From positions 186,001-250,000 of the forward strand of contig JAYWIR010000042.1 in assembly GCA_036172245.1 (NCBI GenBank): a stretch of 64,000 bases of DNA, written 5' to 3'. The notes under the pieces are model-generated. The model saw only the letters and a program-made list of their open reading frames with translations. It ran no database searches and was not told the origin of the DNA. The DNA is from Raillietiella orientalis. Lineage: Eukaryota. The position numbers and the translations under genes are program-made. Below are positions 12,101-22,552 of the stretch, piece after piece (position 1 is the first letter of the stretch; every line of letters begins with the position of its first letter).

Positions 12101-13404
12101 GGCGACCTACCTTCCTCGGAGGGGCCGTGTTGGACATGGGACGAGGGTGATCCTAGAGGCGTTCGGAAACCTCCACGCGAGTGGCCTTCCTGCTCTACTC
12201 AGAATTCCTTCCTCGAGGATGTGGACGTCGAGGACACCATCCGCCAGCGTCCTCCTCCCCCTCCCTTCCTCCTCCTCCTCCTCCCGCTTCGGCGCGCGCT
12301 GGTCTGCCGTTTTTTTCCACCCCAAGGCGGTAGCTCTCGCGGGGTCACCCCCGCTTTAGGGCGCGCGCGCGCGCCAAAGTCTCTCCATGCTGCAGGTGTC
12401 GAGACTACACCCGGAAGTGATCTGGTCGGAGGGCAACCAGGGCCCCACGGCGAACTACTGGGGCACGGAGGAGATTCTGGACTGGCTGTTCGAGGCGAGC
12501 CCCGTCAGGAGGTCCGTGGTGGTCAACGACCAGCTCGACCCTCAGTGGGCCTGCTCCCGCGTCAGCACCTTCTACACCTCGTGCGAGACGCCAACGACAG
12601 GTCGGTGGGCCCTCCTCTCCTCTCTTCAGAACCCTCCGGGAACTCCCCCCCTTCCTCCTCCTCCTGCCTCGCGTCCTCAGGGCGGCTTCCGAGTCACAAG
12701 TACGAGAAGCGCATGACGATCGACCGTCGGGCGATGGGGAGCCGCAAGAGCGTGATGGTGGACGATGTCCGCTCCCTAGGAGAGATCCTGGAGAGCTTCG
12801 TGGATACCGTCAGCAAGGGAGGTGAGGGATGCAGCCAACTTTCCTCCGCACCTCCTTCTCCTCCTCAGGGAACTTCCTGCTGGCCATCAGCCCCTCCTCC
12901 GACGGGTTCATCCAGCCGCTGTACGGCGAGCTCCTCCAAAGTCTGGGCGACTGGCTGCGGGACAACGGGGAGGCCATCTACGACACCAGTCCGTGGAGCT
13001 GTCAGGAGAGCAAAGTCTCTGGAGTCTGGTGAGGTTCTCTGGAGAGGGTCGCGCGCAGCCTCCGGCTCGCCCCGCAGGTACACCAAGAAAGACTATCCCA
13101 GAAAGATCGTGTACGCCTTCGTCGGCAAGCACAACGTCGGAGAGGTGTACGTGGAGTGCGTGCGCCCCACCAGAAGTACCAGGGCCACGCTCCTCGGTCA
13201 CAAGGGACTCAACGTCTCGGTGAGCCTGCTTTCCCCGTAGCCCCACTGCTGTCATCTCACCCCTCCCCTCCCCTACATCACGCATACTCCTCCCCCTTTT
13301 AGTGGTACTGGCACACTCCCTCGCTCCTGCGCCTGTTCGTGCCTCAGAGGCTGCTTTACGGTTTCGACAGCATGTGGGTGGTCCGCTTCACCGACCTTTA
13401 CTGA
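9147..13404 (+). CDS. FUCA: Alpha-L-fucosidase-like protein (GH29), copy 1; 9 exons, 457 aa, signal peptide, degenerate active site
   Basis: Exons 9147-9360, 10888-11029, 11556-11662, 11750-11910, 12396-12600, 12681-12821, 12869-13028, 13078-13219, 13303-13404. All introns are GT-AG, phases join in frame (1374 nt) and the CDS ends in TGA. Motifs: PPWFDKAKFG..WG, GARYVLMTVKYHDGF, GPKRDL, EWYHP, PEVIWSEG, SPV...VVVND, TVSKGGNFLL, WLRDNGEAIY. Confidence 0.92.
9600..10700 (+). mobile_element. Decayed LINE reverse-transcriptase fragment in intron 1 of fucosidase copy 1
   Basis: Ordered degenerate RT motifs in the 9533-10264 and 10179-10574 frames: GPLTRVHRD (~RPLTLLN.D), GQRRRSVRG (~Q.GFV.GR), GFQGS (~DF.KAF), PRGRGWDLPPPF (~RG.RQG.PLSP.LF), VTDS (~YADD), RLLG. 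Confidence 0.4.
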
Positions 13405-13499
13405 ACCGACCCTTTCCACCTACGCAGGGGGGGGATGGGAACCGTCCGAAGAAGGGACCGCTCTGCTACGAGAGAAGAAGTTTGTTTCATCCTCCTGGA

Positions 13500-14350
13500 G
13501 TGTCGTCTCATAGGAAGGGCGTGGGGGAGGGGGAGAAAAGGGGAGGGACAGCAGCAGAGACTTGCACCCTTTCGAGGACGCCTTGCAAGCGCGCGGTTCG
13601 AGGGCGAAATCGATGACCGGGGTGACCAGCGAGGAGTTTACATTCTTTGCGGCGCGCGCCGGACTGCCAGCCCATCGTCTCTGTAGCTCCCGGCCGCAAC
13701 TTCTTCCCCCCGTGTGGCGGAGCAGGGGATAGCAGCAGCTCCTCGTCTCCCCAACCCTTGAGCCTTCTTGAGGGATCTTCAGGAGGCCCCGGCCTGGGGC
13801 GTGCTGTCCCTTTGTCCAGAGGCCACTTCCGGCCCCGCATCTCCTGCCCACCAGGAGAGCAGGAGGACTCCTTCGTTTTCTTCCAGTCCGTGTAGCTCCG
13901 GCCGCCTCTGGCCTGCTCTTGGAAGGACCGCATTGCGCCCTTCTTGCCCCACCGCCCTCCTTGCGCCAGCTTCCAGGAAGTTTGCTCTCCCCAGGGCACC
14001 TTCTTCTTCGCGATTTTCCCCGTCACTCTCGATCGAGCGCCGAAAGATACTCCTGGCCGAGAGCCATTCTGGCCGAAGGAACGGAAACGAAAGTGGAAGC
14101 TAGGCGCTCGGCTCGCTCGAGACGAACAGGGAGGAGATGACCTTGCAAGGGGTGCGGGCGCCCGGCAGAGAAAACGGCTCGCACCGAAACCGGGAGAGCG
14201 GAGAACAGCGGAGACGGCACGGGGCAGAGCGGTTGCCGTGGAACCGGAGGCCCGGAAGAGGAGAAAGCCTTGGAAGCCCAGACGAAGGGAAGGCGCAAAA
14301 GAAACTCCGGCCTCGGATCGTTTAGATCGGCTGCCGCTTTCGCTTGTCAG
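13500..14350 (-). mobile_element. Decayed L1/Tx1-like ORF2 fragment (region between endonuclease and RT)
   Basis: FQEQARGGRSYTDWKKTKESS resembles the L1-clade E..A.GA..RS...W...GE motif; degenerate. Confidence 0.3.
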
Positions 14351-14599
14351 CACACGAAACGGCAATGCGATTTACCCGGGCGACCGCTCCTCAGCCTGGG
14401 GTTGCGAAGGAGAAGTGGGTGGGCGACGGTGAGTTTGGTCATGTGTTGGACATTCAGGAGGAATTTCCGCCCGCACTACAAGCGTCCGCGAGTCTCGGGA
14501 GATCAGCGAAGCAGCCGGTTGCGCTTGCCGTTTTTTGCTGCTTACGGTGCCTTTGGCTGCCTCCGCGTTTGCTCCAGTCGGTGCTCCGACTCTCCTCTG

Positions 14600-17450
14600 C
14601 CTTCCCCGAGCACGTCGGCTGAGATGCTGGCACGACGGCGACCGCTGGCCGAGAAAATGGCAAGCGGCGCCGCTGCCGCTTCCCCTATAATGCGATTGCT
14701 GCGTGATCTCGCCAGCATTCCTGACCTCGAAACCCATCCGTTTCTTGCATCTGGAAAACCCTCTCGGAAGCCACCGGACGGAAAATCTGTGTTCGGGGGG
14801 TTCTCGTCAGAATTCGCCCGCCTTAGCTACGACTCCACGTTTCCGAGAGAGGCTCCCACGAGTTGCCATGTGTGCAACTGCACTGTTGCCCAACGAACGC
14901 GAAGGCGTGTCCGTTCCAGGCCGCATGCAACAGGCGAGAAAGACAGGCGGCAGTGGGCCTGCCCTAGGTCTTCAGTCTGCGCGACAACCGGAGAGCAAGG
15001 GAATGACGCTTCCAGTGTTTGGGAGGTTGCCGGCACCGTGCTTCTGGAGAACGTGCGCGAGTTCGGGGAGTCGGCGAAGAGAGCCTGTGCCTCGCTCATC
15101 CATCCGTTCGGCAGTAACCCAATCACCCAGGAAAATTCTAAAGGGGCGCCGCACGTTCCCCTTTCCCATGATGGTAAGCACACCAAATTCGACGCAAAGG
15201 GGAAGGAAGAAGGAAGCGGGGAGGCGGAGGGCCGATGAGTGTAGATGCAATGCGACCGTTCCTCTTCCTGTTCAACGGTCAGCCACCGCCATCCCGACCA
15301 GGCACGTTCTGAGAGATCTCGGATTCCGCCTCCCCGCAGACAGGGAATGATTCATCTTTCAAGGAGAGCAAGCCACAAGATCACGAGAGGCCGGTTTCTC
15401 GTCTGCACGAACACCCGGAAGTCAGTGAAGATCTTTTTTCCCCTCCTTCAGGTCCAAACTTCGAAGGCACGGCCGATCCAAAATGCTCAAGTGACCGATG
15501 GATCAGTAGATGGAATGCGACAATACATCTATTCGGTTCCAAACACGTGCTAGCCATCCCACCACGAATTTCTGGACAACTTCATCTACCATCATCCCTC
15601 ACGTTCTTTTACCCATGTTACTACCAAAGGGGCTCCAGTGTCCCTACTCCTCTTCATTCCGCTCCTAGAAAGCGCAAGGCTCGTAATTCAGTGTCACGTC
15701 CGCTACGATTTACAGCCAAAAACATCACCACCGGCAGTGTCCCTATCACCAGACTTTCGAATATTTTCATCAGCCTCGTTCCTTGGATCTTCATTATGAT
15801 TCTAGAATGAACCATAGCCCTCATCCAAGCTTACATCTTTTGTCACGTTCACTTCCTTATGCACGGAAAAACAGCCACAATAACAACCTACCCACCAGCC
15901 AGTTTATCTCCACTCTCTCAGACTTGGTCTGTGAAGGCGGACCCAACACTCTCACCTCCCTCTCACTCGAATCCATAACTCTTTCCCTAATCTGCTTTGT
16001 ACATAATGAACATACCTCCCTCATGTTCTCTCTGTGTTGCCTGCATCCACAATCACAAGTGGATTTCTCTGTGGTAGAGGCATGAAGCGAGATTCTTCAT
16101 GCGGGAGAGATGTTTCCAATAAAAATAATAGGCACATTTAAATTCTGAATAATCATATTCATCCCTTCAGAAATCTTTGTATTTTTCTCCTGATCATTCT
16201 TCCGTGCCAGATTGAGAGCCATTCCACAATTCAGCTTTTCTTCACCTCCGTCTAACATCTCTATGCTGCACACTCTTCAACCTTGCCCATCTTTTGACAT
16301 CAGGCATCTCAGTTACAAGGACGCATCATTCCCTTTTGACCAAAAAAATTTCCCCGTGCCCTAATTTATCTACTTTTTCCTATTACCATCGGCCCCCTGT
16401 TTATCACAATCCAAATCATAGAATGTTTTATACTTAGGTTCTTTACTACAGATTTCATGTTTGGTTCCACATTCTTTATTGGTACCACCATTTACCTCAC
16501 TTCCTCATCATTGCAAATTCTTGCACTCTCTCGCACTCGTGTCCAACACCTTTCCTTTGAGCTTCCTTCATGATACTGATATTTCGTGGGCGCTGTATTC
16601 CTCTTCCTATTGTGCTTCTGGGTATACCCTTCCAGTTGCTATGCAACGCACACGTTGGAAGCAACTCTCAGCTGGACGGAACGCCTCTGTGATGCCCTTC
16701 CAGGTTCAGTTGCTGCCCGCATCTGGTGCGGACGGGAACGAGGAAGAGAAGCATGGGGCTGGTGGACACTCCTAGGAGGCTGTGTTTGCAGAGATTTTGC
16801 TTCGATTTCCCGCTTCTGTGTACCATGTGGTGTGAGAGTGTCTTCTCGTGCAGGTGTACACGAGCGGGACGCGCGCGTTTGTATTTTCAACAGCCAAAAG
16901 CCACCGAGCGGGACATTCCCGGCAACTCCCGAAGACGCCGCTTCGAGAATGGCGTTTCAGCTGCCGTGGTTCTCGATTTTGACTGCTGAGCCGCATGAGC
17001 CATCAGTAATGAAAGTCACGTGGCTTATTTTCACGACGTCCATGTTTTTCTGTGTGAATCAGCAATTGGTTGCTAAAACAGGGTTTCCCCGTGATTTCTG
17101 ACCGAAGGGAACTCTTTGAAAGCCCCAGCGGTATCTCTAACGACCTTCGGTCTAAACGTGATGCCGCATGCGTTTGTCATTTGGGACTGCGATCACTTGG
17201 TGTTGCTGCCTTCTTGGAAGGAGGCAGGGGGAAAAAATTCCGACGTATGAAAAGGAAAGACGCCTGTTGAAAATCCCGCGCGATGAGCATCCTGATAGAA
17301 CATCTGTAGCACTGCTAGGACAATCGGCGGGACAGGCGAAGAGGACTCTCGAAAAGATTGAATTCCAACGATCCGTTACGCAATCCATGAAGCGACGTCT
17401 TCCTCGCGTGCCGACTGCACAGGCTTCCAATAAATACAATTTGGACAGCT
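14600..17450 (+). mobile_element. Decayed CRE-like (restriction-like endonuclease) non-LTR retrotransposon
   Basis: ASGAAAASP..RLLRDL, GGSR...LLPNEREGVSVPG (~L.P.QFGVGVPG), SSGSRRREPV (~GVQQGDPL), LRDLGFRL, then AVVLDF and LGQSAGQAKRTLEKIEFQRSV resembling the RLE C-terminus. Many stops and frameshifts. Confidence 0.35.
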
Positions 17451-19449
17451 TTGATCCCCTTATTTAATATGATGTATTGAATCCAAGACTTCACTTCGTA
17501 CCGGGACTTCTGACTCACTGATGGAATACCAATACGCCTGCACTCTGCATTCGGGGAGCATTTGACTTTCTTTGCCTCGCTACTCTGCAGTTCCACCTTA
17601 CGTCGAATGAAAAAAAGTGCAGATTGACGTAAGTAGCATTAGCTGCCGTCAACACCAGAGCATTTCTTGTTTGGTGGGGCAAAGAGAGAGAGAGAGATGG
17701 AGGGGGGGGAACTGGACTAAGGCAAAATATTAATGCGATGCTTTTTTACCTGAGAGGCATTTTTTTTATTACGAGGCGTAAAAATACTACGCTGTAGCGC
17801 ACACCGTTTGCAGAACAGGAAGAAGAGAAGAAGGGGGTGGGAATGGCGTGTCGAAACCTTCCGAACACCGCCGCCATCAGAGCAATGGCGCCATCGTCAA
17901 CGGATTGTTCGTGGAGCTGTGCGGGCGCGAAGCTGATCCTTCCCTCCCTATATCGAAGATCACTCTTTGACCTCCGAAGAGGATTGCGAACGTCGTTCCG
18001 TGGGCACTTTTGGAGGCAATCGGTTTTCCGAAAGCAGTTTTCCCGTTACGCGTAGGTTCAAACCCGCTGAACGTGCTGAAGAAAGAGCCGCCTCGGCACA
18101 CAGCTGGGCTCTGCAAGTTACGAGGTCTGAAGTCACTTAACGAGGGGGAGCCGGACTACCCGAGGAATTTTATGCCATCCCGTGAAAGGCATGGGGCACT
18201 GGTTCCAGGGCGTTTCCAGGGCCTTGAGTGTTCCGCCCAGAAAGGAACCCAGAAAGTCGGTTAAACGACACAGAAGCCTTGACACTGGGCCCACGCGCGA
18301 AGCACGCAAATGGGGGAGATCCCGCGTCTAGCATTCCTGATGACGGCAAAGGGCATGGGGATGACAGGTTCGGTTTGCAAGCGCCTTCGGTGCGGCATTC
18401 TGGAAACGCGGGCTGCATGCGGCATCTGCGAGCCTCCCTTCATCCCCCCCTCCCCTCCCCCGATAGCGCTAGGATTGCGTCAAATAGAAAGGAATAGTTT
18501 GTCGACGGTACTCATCTTCGAACAAAAAAAAAAGAAGGAAAAAGGAAGCAGGGAGTAAGCTCAGCGACACGTGCGTAAAGGAGGATCACACCACGTCGGA
18601 ATAACTCCCTCCTTATCCAGGAATTCGCCTTTCGCAGTTCGTCGCTTTCCTCCTCGAAAGTGATGTTTTCGGCGCGGATGCTCCGCGCCGGAATCCTCGA
18701 GACCCGTGCGGTTGCAAAGTCCAGAAGCAGCTATCTCGACTGCAAAGATGACGGCTCCACGAGGGGAGGAAGGGGAACACGCGAAGAGGGATGCCGCCGC
18801 AGCCGAATCACTGCGAGATGGCCGTCGAGGGCCACCCCCCCTTCAAGATGGCGGCGGCAGTTCTCGCCGCCGCCATCTTGAAGGGGTCTCCCGATTGTTA
18901 TCGCGGGGTCGAGGCGGCGGCGCGGTACACGCAACAAAGTCCGGTCGGGGCTCACAGCGCATGCGGGAAACGTGAGCGCGCTCTAGTGCGATTTTCCGCC
19001 GCGCGGCGCGCTTCCCGCAAAAAGAGCGGTGTGTGCAGCATGGAGAGTATGCGTGCGTAGCTCGTGTTGAATTTGTGAGAATCTAATCTTTGGCAGACAT
19101 GGCTTGTGTTTGAATTCACAGTGTGTGATATGTAACAGGTTTATTAGCTGGAACATACATTTGTTGTTCGACTGATTCCACAATGAGTGAAGCAATAAAA
19201 ATGGTACGTATCGCCGAACTCTCCCTTCAATCTTAATGAGCGAGCGCTGTCTGCGGCACCGGTAAATCGTAAGATTTCTTCATGAATGAGAATGTGCCGA
19301 GTTAGGGAAGCTGTGCGTAAGTTGGATTGAAGTAAGAGCGGAAGGGAGTGCGCTCTAAAGCCCATCATTGGGTGGGGTGAATAATTTATTCACGGTGATA
19401 GGTGAGTGGAATGTTAAGGGAGTGGGAAGAAGGGAGGAGGGAGGGAGGT

Positions 19450-19510
19450 GACGACGACGACTACTACTACTACTACTACTACTACTGCTACTCTACTACT
19501 ACTACTACTT
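19450..19510. repeat. (GAC)n(TAC)n trinucleotide microsatellite
   Basis: Directly visible. Confidence 0.95.
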
Positions 19511-19747
19511 GTTGCATCAGCCGTCTCATTGGAAAAAAGAGAAAGGGGGAAAAAGAAAGGCGCTTCCTTATGCCACACGACTTGCTGAAAGGGAACAGCA
19601 ACCGGTCTCGCAAAGATCATCTTGCTGATCATGCAGAAATCGAACTTGTTAAGCATTTGGTTTCCTGTATGCAGCGAACATTCTTTTTTTTTCTCTCTTT
19701 TTTTCCAAACAACTTCCATAGGGCCAACCATTGTTGGCCGAGCCGCC

Positions 19748-21686
19748 ATGTTATGGCGGAAAGCATGCGTCTCCATGATGCCCTCGACCCCCACGGTAAA
19801 AAAAAAAGATCCATGGAACGTGACTTTCGTGTCTCAAGTGTTCCGCCGGCAATGGACGTGTCTGTTGCTGTTCCAGTTTAAGGAAGAAAAAATGATGATT
19901 ATCCTTAGAGACCCGTTGATCCGGATGAGGAGGAAGAAGAACCTGAAGTGAAATTGCGCCCTTTAAAAAAGGAAAAGGGTGGCCTTCGTAGGAAACGCAT
20001 CATTGTGCTGTGCATCAGCACATTGCTTGGGGCTGTGCTTGTTTTAACCGGTGCCACACTATTTTCGATCTTTTCGAAAATCATCGACGACAAGATCAGA
20101 GACGTAAGTTGGCCGATAGCTCACTCCAATTTCGAACCCATCAAGTAGCAGCTGCCGTTGAAGCAGGATAGCCAAGCGCTGGAAACATTTCTAAATCCGC
20201 CGGGATTCATTTATTTCAACATTTACCTTTTCAACATTACGAACTATGCTGACATCGTGACCAATGGATCAAAACCGATCGTACAAGAAGTCGGACCGTA
20301 CGTTTACAGGTAAGTCGCCCGCACAACTGCAAAATAGAACGGTGAACGGTTAAGAATTTGCTTGTTAACAGAGAAGTGTTCGCAAAGGAATTTCTAAGTG
20401 ACCCATCAAATTCTTTGGACTTCACGTACTCCTTGAAGAAAACGTACTTTTTTGACCAAGAGAAATCGGCTCCCTTCACCGAAGATGACCTCATCTGGAC
20501 CGCCAACTTGCCAGTGTTGGTGAGTGTCGTTAGTCGTTCGAAAGCGTTTGGGGTTTATCGGTGCGTTCGGTCCAGGGCATGATCCAATACTACAAGCATA
20601 TGAACAAGTTACTCAAGAGGACCATGAACAGGATGTTGAAAAAATACACTCAGGGGGTCTTCATAAACCGCACCGCCGGCCAGCTGGCGTTCAAGGGAAG
20701 CTACGAAGAGCTGATAGATAAGTTGTCCTCCGCTCTCTTCGTTGAGATCCTCCCGAATAACACGTTCGGTTTCTTCTACGGGGTAATGCGCTTTTCCTGT
20801 GAGAAGTGGTAACCGAGTTCACAGAAAAACGGCACCACACAAGGAAATTTCACCGTGAAGAGGGGGACAGACGACATCAACGAACTGGGCAGGTTGCTCG
20901 CCTTTGACAACCGCACCGAGACGAACACCTGGTCCGAGGCCTCCGCCTGCACACTCATGAACGGCACCGACGGCACCATCTTCCCGCCCTTCTTGTCCAC
21001 TAGCGAACGTCTGTATGTGTATTCGCCGGACTTATGCCGCTCGGTGTTCATGGAATGGAAGACGTCCGAGACGGTGCAAGGGATACGCGGAGAGCGCTTC
21101 CAGCTGTCTCCCGCGGTGTTGGACACTCCCGAGAAGAACCCGGAGCAGGAGTGCTTCTGCGTGAAGGCGAACGAGAACTGCTCCAACCCTTCGGGCGTGT
21201 TCAGCATGAAGCCGTGCTCTGACAGAGACCTTTTCTTCTCCATGCCCCACTTCTATGGCGGTGACAACTCGCTCGTTCTTGGCGTCGAGGGCATGAAGCC
21301 CAAGGCGAGCGACCACCTCACATTCGTGGTGCTGGAGAAGGTAAGCGGGAGCCTCGTACTTTCCTCAGCTCCTGGATCGTCCCGTTTTCTTTTCCCAGAA
21401 ATCCAGCGTGCTCCTCAGGGCGGCCAAGCGCATCCAAGTTAGCATACATTTGAGTCAGTTAGAAGACTTCGACATTCTGGAACAGGTGCCTGACGTGTAC
21501 CTGCCGCTGTTCTGGATCTCCGAGGAGGTGGAACTCCCTCAGTGGGTGGTGAACAAGATCCACGACAAGCTGATCCGCCCGCAGCAGCTGGCCGAAGTGG
21601 TCTGCTGGCTGCTGGTAGCGGTGGGCGTCGTACTCATCCTGGCGTCCCTCGGCGTGTACTTCTACTGGAAGAAGCGCAAAGAGTGA
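19748..21686 (+). CDS. SCARB: CD36/scavenger receptor class B family membrane protein (SCARB/LIMP-2-like), ~520 aa, two TM helices
   Basis: Exons 19748-19795 (tentative, gccgccATG), 19909-20103, 20149-20309, 20372-20519, 20576-20782, 20825-21340, 21399-21686. Introns after the first are 42-62 nt, GT-AG. Motifs: N-terminal TM, YLFNITN..GSKPIVQEVGPYVYRE, FGFFYGKNGT, NGTDGTIFPP, YSPDLCRS, CFC...C..SGVF...C, FFSMPHFY, AAKRIQ, YLPLFW, C-terminal TM, KKRKE-stop. Orthology within the family is not resolved. Confidence 0.92.
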
Positions 21687-21830
21687 ACGGAGCGGAAACG
21701 TCCGTGGTGACGCCACGCGGCTGTGATATCATCCTCCTTTCGGACGCTTTTGGTCCCGGCGTCCTCTTTCCCCCCTTACCTTTTCCCTCGCCTACCTTCC
21801 TCCTACCTAGTCCCTTGTTCCTGTTGATTC

Positions 21831-21836
21831 AATAAA
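21831..21836 (+). promoter_or_regulatory. Probable polyadenylation signal of the SCARB gene
   Basis: AATAAA 145 nt after the stop codon. Confidence 0.55.
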
Positions 21837-22552
21837 GCGGAAAAAAAAGTGGGACACGTGGATGGAGGCTTGCGACCGGCGTCCCGACAGAAGCGCCAGG
21901 GAAAGGAAGGTTCCGTGCCGGGAAGGGGACCTCCCTCGTGCCGCGCGGTGGCCGCTGCCGTGCCCTCTTCGTTAGCAGCGACGGCAGGCGGCTCGTCCCC
22001 TCACTGCGGGAGATCCCGCTGCCCGAGACGTAACCTCGAGTGGTGGGACGCCCACAGGGGCGAAGGGCGAGGAGGGAGGATGCGAATGTCCCGCGAAGGC
22101 CCTTCCTCCACTACCAGATGCGGCACGCCGACTCCTCCTCAGTGCAGGGGAGGTCGCGATGGGTGCGCGCGCCTGTGGTTTCAGGAGGGTCGGCTGCCGT
22201 CTCCGCTGACCACGACGTGCCGCCACCCAGCAACCCGCATCTTTACCACCTTCCCTTGGGTATGCACTCGTCCGGCGGTGGGTCTCCACTCCTCGCCCTC
22301 CGAGGCTCGGCAGGCAGCGGTCACTCGTTGCGTCTACCCGCGGTCCCTGTCTGGGTCCTTCCGGAAGAGGACCGAGGCCTTCCGCCGCGACTCCACGACG
22401 GCAACGTGCCCGATCAGAGATCGCACAGCGGCTCTCGAATGTCAGAACGCGAAAGACACGTCGCGGGGGAGGGGCGTCACGCGGACAGAGGACGGCGCTC
22501 GTGACGCAGCAGGAGAGCTCGTCACCACGATCTCTGCTGCAGACGGGTGACC

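Noticed and set aside
17990..18075. tRNA-Ser-like 3' half (CGCGTAGGTTCAAACCCGCTG)
   Set aside because: No convincing A-box, D-arm or anticodon stem; at most a decayed remnant.
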